Sequence record: SRR20825019_282
Length of the DNA: 38,685 nt
Direction: 5' to 3' (one strand)
Shown: one piece after another, positions 7,965-16,408 of the stretch
How positions within the stretch are numbered: the first letter of the stretch is position 1
Layout: every line of letters starts with the position of its first letter
Notes under the pieces: generated by a model
What the model was told of the DNA's origin: nothing
What the model saw: the letters and a program-made list of their open reading frames with translations, nothing else
The model's database searches: none
Made by a program: the position numbers and the translations under genes

Positions 7965-9464
7965 CTACATTTTCATGGCTGAGACGATGATGAAGGACCC
8001 ATCCTCGCCTTGTTGAAGTTGGAAGTGCATCCGGTCGACTGGCTCGAAAATGGAAAGATCCACCTCTGGCGCGACCGTGAAATCCATGGTCATCTCAGGC
8101 CAGCCCAATGACTGGATCGGATCATGCGTCAGATTGACGGTGCTGCCGGTAATCGAATTGACCGTCCCCATGCCATGATGGATTTCCGCTTCGTCAGGTG
8201 AAGCCGTAGGTTCGCCATCCTGCATGACCATGTCAGCTATGGGAGCATCGGCGTCGAGCATGCGCAGGAAGGCACTGTTGATGCTGGCTTCACTATCGAT
8301 CAGGAATTGGCCTGATGTGACAACTTTTTCGCCTGCGCTAAGGCCTCCCTTGATGGCGACCCGGTCGCCGCTTTCATGGCCAGCGACAACTTCCGCCGGG
8401 CGGAAACGGCCATCCCCCAGTGCCAGAATAACCCGGTCGGTCTTGCCTGTACGAATGAGGGCTTCGCGCGGAATGGACAATACATCGGCCTCAGGCGCTG
8501 CCATGATGCTGATCTCGCCATACATGTTGGGCTTCAGGCGTCCATCCTTGTTTGGGAATGCGAGACGCACCTGCACGGTCCGGCTTTTTGGGTCAACCAA
8601 AGGGTAGACATAGTCAACCGTTCCGTCCCAGGTTTCACCCGGCAGGAAGGGGAGTTGCATGATTGTCTTTTGGCCCTCAGCGACCCAGTCGCTTTGGCCT
8701 TCAAACACATCAACCATAACCCACACGGTTGAAAGGTCAGCGAGTGAGAAGACGGTTTTGGAGGGCTGGATATACATCCCTTCGCCAATGCTCAAGTCCA
8801 CAATGACCCCGTCCTGAGGGGCGCGAACCTCAACAAGCTGTTTGACAGTGCCACTTTTTCGAATGTCCGAGATTTGGCCGTCTGTCATGCCCAGGGCCCG
8901 CAGGCGTTCCTGCGAGGCCCGGGTCAGGCCCTCCTGTTTCAGGCGAATTGCCTGCAGGAATTCCGTCTGGGCATTCACCAGTTCAGGTGAATAAAGTTCG
9001 AAAATCAGTTCGCCTTTCCTGACTTCCTCACCTACGGCCTTCCGGTACAGTTTTTCAACCCAGCCAGCCGTCCGAACATGGACATGGGCGGTCTTGTCTT
9101 CGTCCATGTCGATATAGCCCACGGTTTCGATCTCTCGGGTCATATCGGCAACGGTGGCCGCCGCTGTCCGGACGCCCAGATTGTTGACAACGGCAGCACT
9201 GATTTTCAGCGCGTTTGCGTCACCCCCGCCACCGGCTTCATCGGCATAGACTGGGATCAGGTCCATCCCCATCGGTGACTTACCTGGTTGGTCGCGGCGA
9301 TAGTTGGCGTCCATCGGCGCAACCCAATACAGGATTTCGCGCTCGCCGGATTTGGCAGAACCAGCAGTTTCACTAGCGCCTGGCGCTGTTAGTTGACTGC
9401 CCGCATAGCCAAGGGTAATCCCTACCGCAAGCGTGGCCGTGGCGATCATTAATGTCTTACGCAT
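7965..9464 (-). CDS. cusB: CusB-type periplasmic adaptor with C-terminal CusF-like domain
   Basis: YWVAPMD...GKSPMGMDL metal-binding motif, MFP core, C-terminal HDPIQSLGWPEMTMDF. Confidence 0.93.
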   Translation of the reverse strand: MRKTLMIATATLAVGITLGYAGSQLTAPGASETAGSAKSGEREILYWVAPMDANYRRDQPGKSPMGMDLIPVYADEAGGGGDANALKISAAVVNNLGVRTAAATVADMTREIETVGYIDMDEDKTAHVHVRTAGWVEKLYRKAVGEEVRKGELIFELYSPELVNAQTEFLQAIRLKQEGLTRASQERLRALGMTDGQISDIRKSGTVKQLVEVRAPQDGVIVDLSIGEGMYIQPSKTVFSLADLSTVWVMVDVFEGQSDWVAEGQKTIMQLPFLPGETWDGTVDYVYPLVDPKSRTVQVRLAFPNKDGRLKPNMYGEISIMAAPEADVLSIPREALIRTGKTDRVILALGDGRFRPAEVVAGHESGDRVAIKGGLSAGEKVVTSGQFLIDSEASINSAFLRMLDADAPIADMVMQDGEPTASPDEAEIHHGMGTVNSITGSTVNLTHDPIQSLGWPEMTMDFTVAPEVDLSIFEPVDRMHFQLQQGEDGSFIIVSAMKM

Positions 9465-10770
9465 CGTCTTCCCCTTCGAGGAATAATAGTTGAGCCTGGG
9501 CCTTCATGCGTTCGCTCTGGAGCTTGAGCAGACTAAGCTCCGCATCCAGTTCAGCGAGCCGGGCCCGAACAAGTTCTGCAAAGTCGGTGATCCCATTTTG
9601 GTAGGATGTCAGGGACGCTTCGGTCGTTTCCTTTGCTCGCTTAATGACCACGGATTGGAACAAGCCAACGCGTTTCTGCAGCCGTTGCCAATCGGCATAG
9701 CTGCTGTCGAGCATCTTCTTCAGGTCTAGAAGGACGGTGTCATGCCCCAACTGGGCGGCCTGCCGGTCTTTCTTCGCAGCAGACAGGCGTCTGTCTTGGC
9801 GTTTTTGGGTAAACATGGGCACATCCATCACGACACCAACGGTGGCCAGATCGGTCCTATCAGCCCCGCGTGCGCCATAGCCCACGTTCACTGACCAGCC
9901 AGGCTTATATTGCTCGCGGGCCACGCCAACGTCTTTGTCTGCCACGGTTACATTGGCCTCCTGGACACGGGCCGCAGGGTGTTGGCTGAGGCGTTCCGTC
10001 AGTGGTGCGATATCGGAAGGATGACGCATTGATGGTAGTGACGCGGGAACCTGTCTGGTGGCCGCGACTTGCCCTATGCGGCGGGCAAGTCGGGCTCGCA
10101 CCATTGCATCTTGGCGGTCTATTTCGACCAGCCGGTCATCCAGCAGGCTTAACTCCAGCTCCGCACGGAACACGTCCTGGCTGGTTTCCCGACCCGTCGC
10201 ATAGATGGCTTCAATGACTTCGATCAGTTCGGCGATGGCCGTTCTGCTGGCCAGGACCTTTTCCCGGGCAGCAGTCCAATAATAGAGATCAAGCCAGTTT
10301 TGTCGCGTGTCGAGCACAACCTCCCGTCGGCGTAGGTCCAGCCTGGCTTGTTCCAATCCTGCCAATGCCTGCCGTTTCTGGCGATTGAACTTGAGCGTAT
10401 CGCCTTTTGGAAAACTTTGGCTCAGTCCCAACTGAAGCTGGGTCATCGGTTCTTGGGTATAGCTAAAGCTATTTGTTGGCCAATTGGCGAATGTGGCCCG
10501 GAACTTGGGATCGGGCAACTGCGAGTCAGCCACGGCGCGGTCCTGTTGGGCGGCAGCGCGAACGCCGGGCTCCAGAAGATATGGGTCGGCAGAATTGAGC
10601 GCCAGCCGAACGGCCTCTTTCATCGTAAGGGAGGGTTGGTGCTTATCTTGTTGTATTGCAACTGGTGAAGTAGCAGGCGCAACTTCTATGGGCGTGGCAT
10701 TTTCCGATGCCAAGCCCGGAACGGCCATCATAATAGCCGCGATAGCGACCAAGGGTGTCTGTCGGTACAT
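9457..10770 (-). CDS. cusC: TolC-family outer-membrane factor (CusC-equivalent)
   Basis: Signal peptide, OEP repeats (LPDPKF...QEPMTQ), overlaps the cusB start. Confidence 0.88.
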   Translation of the reverse strand: MYRQTPLVAIAAIMMAVPGLASENATPIEVAPATSPVAIQQDKHQPSLTMKEAVRLALNSADPYLLEPGVRAAAQQDRAVADSQLPDPKFRATFANWPTNSFSYTQEPMTQLQLGLSQSFPKGDTLKFNRQKRQALAGLEQARLDLRRREVVLDTRQNWLDLYYWTAAREKVLASRTAIAELIEVIEAIYATGRETSQDVFRAELELSLLDDRLVEIDRQDAMVRARLARRIGQVAATRQVPASLPSMRHPSDIAPLTERLSQHPAARVQEANVTVADKDVGVAREQYKPGWSVNVGYGARGADRTDLATVGVVMDVPMFTQKRQDRRLSAAKKDRQAAQLGHDTVLLDLKKMLDSSYADWQRLQKRVGLFQSVVIKRAKETTEASLTSYQNGITDFAELVRARLAELDAELSLLKLQSERMKAQAQLLFLEGEDDA

Positions 10771-10804
10771 GTCTAAACCTCAACTGACAAAGGACAGGAA
10801 TAGG

Positions 10805-10854
10805 TGGCTGGCGACGCAAAATACGCCAGCATAAGGGCAGATTGGCTGGCCAAT
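10805..10854 (-). promoter_or_regulatory. Alternative hairpins in the leader-cusC intergenic RNA
   Basis: GCTGGCG (10807-13) and CGCCAGC (10824-30) form a stem. TGGCTGGC is repeated at 10805-12 and 10843-50, so the central arm has two possible partners. Confidence 0.5.
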
Positions 10855-10860
10855 ACTACC

Positions 10861-11265
10861 TTAAGAAAGGGCCAGGAGGCGTGGAGGAGGGGTAACGATG
10901 GAGTGCGTTACAGAAAGGCCAACTTGGGGTGTCAGCTCATAAATTGGTGCCGCACCATAGTGGTCGTCCTGTTTACCCAAAGGATCGGGCAGTACGACAA
11001 TATTGGCGAAACTCGCACAGCAGGCAATACTGCAGGGAGCTTTGGAAGAGCTGCGGTCATGATCGTCATGAGCATTGTCTTGCGCCATGCTTTTGACATG
11101 CTGGCTATGGATGAGCGCGCCGTCCATATATATCGTTGAAAAAGACATTTCTGTTTCTGGGCAACATGCATGCGCCGCCACTTTCGCCATCACTGGAGCG
11201 CTGGCGAGGGAGACAAGCAGAAGCGTAGCCAATAGCGCGCTATGTATGTGTCTGACGAATCGCAT
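10861..11265 (-). CDS. CutF/CruR-like secreted leader peptide (Cys/His motifs, C-terminal TPPPR)
   Basis: 134 aa from ATG 11265: signal peptide, HACC, HDDHD, CSIACC, and PPPR five residues before the stop. It lies directly upstream of cusC. Confidence 0.75.
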   Translation of the reverse strand: MRFVRHIHSALLATLLLVSLASAPVMAKVAAHACCPETEMSFSTIYMDGALIHSQHVKSMAQDNAHDDHDRSSSKAPCSIACCASFANIVVLPDPLGKQDDHYGAAPIYELTPQVGLSVTHSIVTPPPRLLALS

Positions 11266-11272
11266 ATCTAGA

Positions 11273-11303
11273 AGCATACCCCTGTACCATAGTTCAGGGT
11301 CAA
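11273..11303 (-). promoter_or_regulatory. MerR-family promoter of the leader-cus operon
   Basis: TTGACC-19 bp-TATGCT with dyad CCCTGAAC-TATG-GTACAGGG. Confidence 0.85.
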
Positions 11304-11364
11304 GGGGCTTTTCACTGTTCACATCGAGTTGATCGTGGCGTGTGTCGCTAAACCAAATTCCTGT

Positions 11365-11395
11365 TTGACCTTCCAGTTTGTGGAAGGTTTAGCCT
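11365..11395 (+). promoter_or_regulatory. CueR-type promoter
   Basis: TTGACC-19 bp-TAGCCT with perfect ACCTTCC-N7-GGAAGGT dyad. Confidence 0.88.
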
Positions 11396-11464
11396 GCATT
11401 GAGATTATAGATAGCCAGGCATGCCGCCTGCCCGGAGCTGGGTGAAAGCGAATAATCGCCTCCA

Positions 11465-11509
11465 ATTGACGACGGTCAATCCGCAGTTGCGTTTCATGCC
11501 ATCTATAGT
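11465..11509 (+). promoter_or_regulatory. FNR/FixK-type box with class II promoter
   Basis: Palindrome ATTGAC-GACG-GTCAAT at 11465-11480 and -10 TATAGT at 11504-11509. Confidence 0.7.
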
Positions 11510-11584
11510 GTGAGGGGCAGTTTTGAGTCCACACGAACATATGGCTGCCGCCCCATTGTGGCGCAACAGAAAAGGAGATATCCA

Positions 11585-12946
11585 ATGATGAAACTGGCAT
11601 TCATGGGTGCGGCGGGAACCGTTACAGGGTCTAAATATCTCCTGTCAGGAGCGGACTCCAAAATCATGGTGGACTGTGGGCTGTTTCAGGGGCTCAAGGA
11701 CTTGCGGCTAAAGAACTGGGCACCGCTTGAGGTCGCTCCCTCAACTATTGATGCAGTTTTGCTGACTCACGCGCACCTCGACCACTCTGGCCATCTACCG
11801 TTGTTGGCGAGAGAGGGCTTCTTTGGTCCTATCTATTGCACCGGTGCCACGGCCGATCTTTGTAGCATCCTGCTGCGTGATAGTGCCTACCTGCAGGAAA
11901 AGGATGCCGAATTCGCGAATCGTTACGGCTTTTCTAAGCACAAACCGGCGCGCCCACTATACACCAGTGAAGATGCTGAAAAGGTGATTGGACTCTTGCG
12001 GTCACAGAAATTCGACCATCCGATGCATGTGCAGAACGGTATTGAGGCAACTTTTCGGATAGCGGGGCATATTCTGGGAGCGTCCACCATCTCGTTGCAG
12101 ATGGAGGGCCGCACAATTGTCTTCTCTGGAGATCTTGGGCGCTTGGCAGACCCGGTGATGCTTCGCCCGGCACAGGTTGAGAGTGCAGATTATCTGATTG
12201 TGGAATCCACTTATGGAAACCGAAAACATGAAGATCTTGACGTTGAAGCAAGGCTTGCCGACATAATATCCAGCACGGCGGCCCGCGGCGGCTCGGTGAT
12301 TGTACCGGCTTTTGCCGTCGGGCGAACCCAGTCGCTTCTCTATTATGTGTCAAGGCTAAAGAAGGCCGGGCGAATACCCGACTTGCCGGTGTTCCTTGAT
12401 AGCCCGATGGCTATCAATGCCAGCAAGATTTATTGTGACAATCGCGAAGTACACCGGCTTTCTGATACGGAATGTAAGGCAGCTTGCTCTGTTGCCAAAT
12501 ATACCCGTAAAGTCGAGGAGTCGAAGAAATTAACCTATCTTGCGATGCCTTCGATCATTATTTCTGCAAGCGGTATGGCGACAGGCGGTCGGATTTTGCA
12601 CCATCTCAAGCATTATGTTGCGGACCGGCAGAACACGATCCTGTTCACTGGGTTTCAGGCTGCGGGCACTCGCGGCCGCGCAATGGTCGAGGGCGCACGC
12701 CAGATCAAGATCCATGGTTCCTACATTCCGGTAAATGCGCATGTGGAAAACCTTGATGCTTTGTCGGCGCACGCTGACTGCGACGAAATACTTGAATGGC
12801 TTTCTGGGTTACAGCACTCGCCCAAAACCACCTTTGTCACCCACGGTGAACCTGAGGCGTCGGCTGCACTCGCTGCCCGCATAAGGGACGAACTTGGCTG
12901 GCACTGTGAAATCCCGGAATTGGGGCAGGAGGTTGAGCTGCCATGA
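11585..12946 (+). CDS. MBL-fold beta-CASP ribonuclease (YSH1/TTHA0252-like)
   Basis: THAHLDH, GHILG, SGDLG, ESTYG, PAFAVGR, SAHAD, THGE. Start moved to ATG 11585 after AAGGAG. Confidence 0.92.
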   Translation: MMKLAFMGAAGTVTGSKYLLSGADSKIMVDCGLFQGLKDLRLKNWAPLEVAPSTIDAVLLTHAHLDHSGHLPLLAREGFFGPIYCTGATADLCSILLRDSAYLQEKDAEFANRYGFSKHKPARPLYTSEDAEKVIGLLRSQKFDHPMHVQNGIEATFRIAGHILGASTISLQMEGRTIVFSGDLGRLADPVMLRPAQVESADYLIVESTYGNRKHEDLDVEARLADIISSTAARGGSVIVPAFAVGRTQSLLYYVSRLKKAGRIPDLPVFLDSPMAINASKIYCDNREVHRLSDTECKAACSVAKYTRKVEESKKLTYLAMPSIIISASGMATGGRILHHLKHYVADRQNTILFTGFQAAGTRGRAMVEGARQIKIHGSYIPVNAHVENLDALSAHADCDEILEWLSGLQHSPKTTFVTHGEPEASAALAARIRDELGWHCEIPELGQEVELP

Positions 12947-14469
12947 CCATGCCACGGGAAGCAGGGGCATGCCATCTGGGTATCCGGCTGAAGCGGCTCG
13001 GCATCAACAGTCGCTCTGATCATATCATCTATATGCGTGACGACTGCGCAGTTTGTCGGGCAGAAGGCTTCAACGCGCAGGCGCGTGTCCGCGTGGACAT
13101 GGGTGACAGGTTCATCATCGCGACCATCCATCACGTCAACTCCGATCTGTTGACCGACGGGGAGGCAAGCCTCTCTGAGCGAGCATGGGAGTTTCTGGAT
13201 GCAAGCGAAGGAGATTGTATATCACTCTCTCACCCCGCACTTCTGGAATCGCTCCGCAAAGTTCGCGGCAAGATCTATGGTCGGGCCTTCGAGGGAGACG
13301 ACCTTTCAACCATTGTTCGGGACCTAACCGAGGGCCGTTATTCCGATGTGGAAACGGCAGCCTTCATCACTGCCTGCTCGGCCCAGGATTTGGATGGAGC
13401 AGAACGCATTGCGCTGACCAAGGCCATGGTTGACGTGGGCGACAGGCTTGAATGGTCGCGCACGCCAGTAGTCGATAAGCATTGTATCGGCGGGTTGCCT
13501 GGCAACCGGACCACGCCGATTATTGTTTCCATCGTTGCTGCGAACGGCCTTCTGATGCCCAAAACATCGTCGAGAGCCATCACCTCGCCTGCTGGCACGG
13601 CGGACACGATGGAGGTGTTGACCAAGGTTGACCTTGACCTTGCGGCCATCCGGCGGGTGGTGGCAAGTGAAGGCGCCTGCCTTGCCTGGGGTGGGGCGGT
13701 GCGCCTCAGCCCGGCTGATGATCTGCTGATCCGCATTGAGCGCGCGCTTGATATCGATAGCGACGGCCAACTTGTTGCCTCGGTTCTGTCGAAAAAGATA
13801 GCCGCCGGGGCCACCCACCTTGTCCTTGATATCCCTTATGGGCCGACGGCCAAGGTGCGGTCCCTTGAGGCTGCAGAGAAACTGAAGGCTAGCCTTCTGG
13901 ATGTTGCGGCGGCTTTCGGCCTGAAAGCGCACGCGGTCTTAAGTGATGGGACAGAGCCTGTAGGACGCGGTATCGGCCCGGCCCTTGAGGCGCGGGATGT
14001 GCTGTCTGTCCTCAGGTGCGAGCCGGACGCGCCGCAAGACCTGCGGGACCGCGCCATCACCCTTGCCGGGTGCCTGCTTGAAATGGCGGGCTGTGTTGAT
14101 GCCGGGGCAGGTGCTGCCCGCGCCACTGCCACCTTGGAAGACGGATGCGCCTTCAAGAAATTTGAAGATATCTGTGCTGCCCAAGGCGGCTTGGCCAAGC
14201 CGCCTGTCGCGCCGCATCGGTGGGCGGTTGAGGCGACAGAAAACGGACGGGTGGCGGGTATCGACAACCGCCGCATCGCCCAAGTAGCAAAGCTGCTAGG
14301 CGCACCCGATGCTAAAGCTGCAGGGGTACTGATGATGGCGCGTGTGGGCGATCGGGTAGAAGTTGGCGCGAAACTATATGAGATGCACGCCGAAACCACG
14401 GGCGAGATGGCATACGCGCAGGCCTATGTGGATCAGAACCAAGACATTATTGCCGTGGAGGTCAGCTAA
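12943..14469 (+). CDS. AMP phosphorylase-like (archaeal-type thymidine phosphorylase family) protein
   Basis: Extra N-terminal domain with CAVC, DKHCIGGLPGNRTT, KTSSRAITSPAGTAD, PVGRGIGPALEA. ATGA overlap with the upstream gene. Confidence 0.9.
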   Translation: MTMPREAGACHLGIRLKRLGINSRSDHIIYMRDDCAVCRAEGFNAQARVRVDMGDRFIIATIHHVNSDLLTDGEASLSERAWEFLDASEGDCISLSHPALLESLRKVRGKIYGRAFEGDDLSTIVRDLTEGRYSDVETAAFITACSAQDLDGAERIALTKAMVDVGDRLEWSRTPVVDKHCIGGLPGNRTTPIIVSIVAANGLLMPKTSSRAITSPAGTADTMEVLTKVDLDLAAIRRVVASEGACLAWGGAVRLSPADDLLIRIERALDIDSDGQLVASVLSKKIAAGATHLVLDIPYGPTAKVRSLEAAEKLKASLLDVAAAFGLKAHAVLSDGTEPVGRGIGPALEARDVLSVLRCEPDAPQDLRDRAITLAGCLLEMAGCVDAGAGAARATATLEDGCAFKKFEDICAAQGGLAKPPVAPHRWAVEATENGRVAGIDNRRIAQVAKLLGAPDAKAAGVLMMARVGDRVEVGAKLYEMHAETTGEMAYAQAYVDQNQDIIAVEVS

Positions 14470-15371
14470 TGGGATTTATCTATTATGCGCTGCCGGGGGC
14501 GGAAGAATTGGCGGAAAATCTGGCGCGCCGGGCAGATGCCAAGGTTGGTAGGCTAGAAGTGCGCCATTTCCCCGATGGCGAAATATATGTGCGGGCCCAT
14601 ACGCTATGTGCAGGCCACAGAGCGGTGCTGGTTGCTGATCTTGCGCGACCTGACCATACGGTTCTAGCACTGATTTTCGCGGCTGATCTCCTGCATGACC
14701 TTGGCGCTGAAGATATTGGCCTTGTTGCGCCCTATCTGGCTTATATGCGCCAGGATAAACGGTTCCGTGAGGGCGAGGCGGTCACCTCTGCCTCCTTCGC
14801 CAAACTGGTCAGCACCGCGCTGGACTGGATGGTAACGGTCGATCCGCATTTGCACAGGCGCAAGAGCTTGTCAGAAATTTATTCTATTCCAGCCAGTGCG
14901 CTTCATGCGGCACCTGTTATCGGTGAATGGATGGCGCACAATGTGCCAGACGCCCTTCTTGTGGGGCCGGATGGAGAAAGCGAACAGTGGGTGAAGGCTG
15001 TGGCGGAGGTCGCTGACATGCCTTTCATTGTGCTCAGAAAGGTCAGGCATGGAGACCGCGATGTGGAGGTCAGCGTGCCGCAGGCCGACCAGTGGCACGA
15101 TAGAACGCCGGTGTTGGTGGACGATATCATTTCAACAGCCCGGACGATGATCGAAACCGTCTTTCATCTAAAGAATGCAGGCATGAAGCCTCCCATCTGT
15201 ATTGGTGTGCATGCCATCTTTGCTGGCGATGGGTATGAGGCACTGAAGAATAGGGGGGTGAGGATCGTCACCTGCAACGCTGTGCCGCATCCCACAAACG
15301 CAATCGACCTCACCGGTCTGATCGCCAGCGGGATACAGACGCTTCTCAGCACCAAACAGGGGGTATTGTGA
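14469..15371 (+). CDS. prs: Ribose-phosphate pyrophosphokinase-like protein
   Basis: FPDGE, PYLAYMRQDKRF, VDPHLH, GPD, PRPP motif variant VLVDDIISTARTM. Confidence 0.88.
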   Translation: MGFIYYALPGAEELAENLARRADAKVGRLEVRHFPDGEIYVRAHTLCAGHRAVLVADLARPDHTVLALIFAADLLHDLGAEDIGLVAPYLAYMRQDKRFREGEAVTSASFAKLVSTALDWMVTVDPHLHRRKSLSEIYSIPASALHAAPVIGEWMAHNVPDALLVGPDGESEQWVKAVAEVADMPFIVLRKVRHGDRDVEVSVPQADQWHDRTPVLVDDIISTARTMIETVFHLKNAGMKPPICIGVHAIFAGDGYEALKNRGVRIVTCNAVPHPTNAIDLTGLIASGIQTLLSTKQGVL

Positions 15372-16408
15372 ATCAGACACTCCGATATATCGCAATAGGC
15401 GCGATTGTGGCTGCCGTTGCCGCTGTAGCCTGGTTTTGGCAGCAGAATGACGGCGTCTGTGCGGCAGGTGGTGCGCCAGCGATCTGTGTTCCCGAACAGA
15501 TCATTCTCTATGGCAACGTGGATGTGCGGCAGGTCAATCTGGGTTTCAAGGTATCCGGTCGGGTAGATCAGGTGCTGGTCGAAGAAGGGGATCGGGTGAC
15601 GCAAGGCCAGAAGTTGGCAACCCTTGAAAAGCCCGATTTTGCGGACGACGTCGCGCTTGCTCAAGCACAGTCCGATGGCAGTGCCGCCGCGCTCAAGCAG
15701 CTTGAAAACGGCGCGCGGCCCCAAGAAATTGCACAGGCGCTAGCGCTTGTGGAAGAACGGCAGGCGACGGTTGAGAATGCCCGTCGAACCGTGCAGCGCC
15801 GCTCTGAGTTGGCCGAGGATGGTTTTACTGCCCATCAGGCGCATGAGGATGCAGAGGCAGCGCTCCTTGAAGCGGAAGCACGGCTTCGGTCTGCGATCGA
15901 GACTCTGAAACTCGTCAAGGCCGGGCCTCGGCAGGAGGAAATCGCGCGAGCTCGCGCCGCTCATACTGCGGATGCAGCCTCGCTGTCGCTCGCAAAACGT
16001 CGACTTAAAGATGCAGAGCTGTATGCACCAAACGAAGGCACCGTACTCACCCGCGTACGGGAACCCGGTGCGATCGTTCAGGCGGGGGAACCAATCCTGA
16101 ACCTGAGCCTCAATTCGCCGGTCTGGGTTCGCACCTATGTGGAAGAACCTCAGCTTGGGTTCATCACACCCGGCATGACAGCAACCGTGCAGACGGATTC
16201 CGGGGGCGCGTATGAAGGCCAGGTTGGGTTCATATCGCCCGTCGCGGAATTTACACCCAAAACCGTGGAGACCAGGGAACTGCGCACGCGCCTTGTCTAT
16301 CGTGTTCGGGTGATCGTGGACGGTGATGACGATGGATTGCGGCAGGGTATGCCAGTGACTGTGGTCCTTGTGCCGAAAGGGGCTGTGGCCGGTGCAGCCG
16401 CTGATTGA
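15368..16408 (+). CDS. ybhG: HlyD-family periplasmic adaptor (YbhG-like)
   Basis: N-terminal anchor, LYGNVDVRQVNLGF, AEFTPKTVETRELRT. Confidence 0.88.
   Translation: MNQTLRYIAIGAIVAAVAAVAWFWQQNDGVCAAGGAPAICVPEQIILYGNVDVRQVNLGFKVSGRVDQVLVEEGDRVTQGQKLATLEKPDFADDVALAQAQSDGSAAALKQLENGARPQEIAQALALVEERQATVENARRTVQRRSELAEDGFTAHQAHEDAEAALLEAEARLRSAIETLKLVKAGPRQEEIARARAAHTADAASLSLAKRRLKDAELYAPNEGTVLTRVREPGAIVQAGEPILNLSLNSPVWVRTYVEEPQLGFITPGMTATVQTDSGGAYEGQVGFISPVAEFTPKTVETRELRTRLVYRVRVIVDGDDDGLRQGMPVTVVLVPKGAVAGAAAD

Noticed and set aside
11421-11513. 30-codon ORF (MPPARSW...) after the CueR promoter
   Set aside because: No SD, no Cys or His ligands, and it runs through the FNR box and -10.
11266-11584. 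Upstream extensions of ORFs 10861..11322 and 11510..12946, and ORF 11319..11600
   Set aside because: They overlap the identified promoter elements or lack an SD; better starts are 11265 and 11585.
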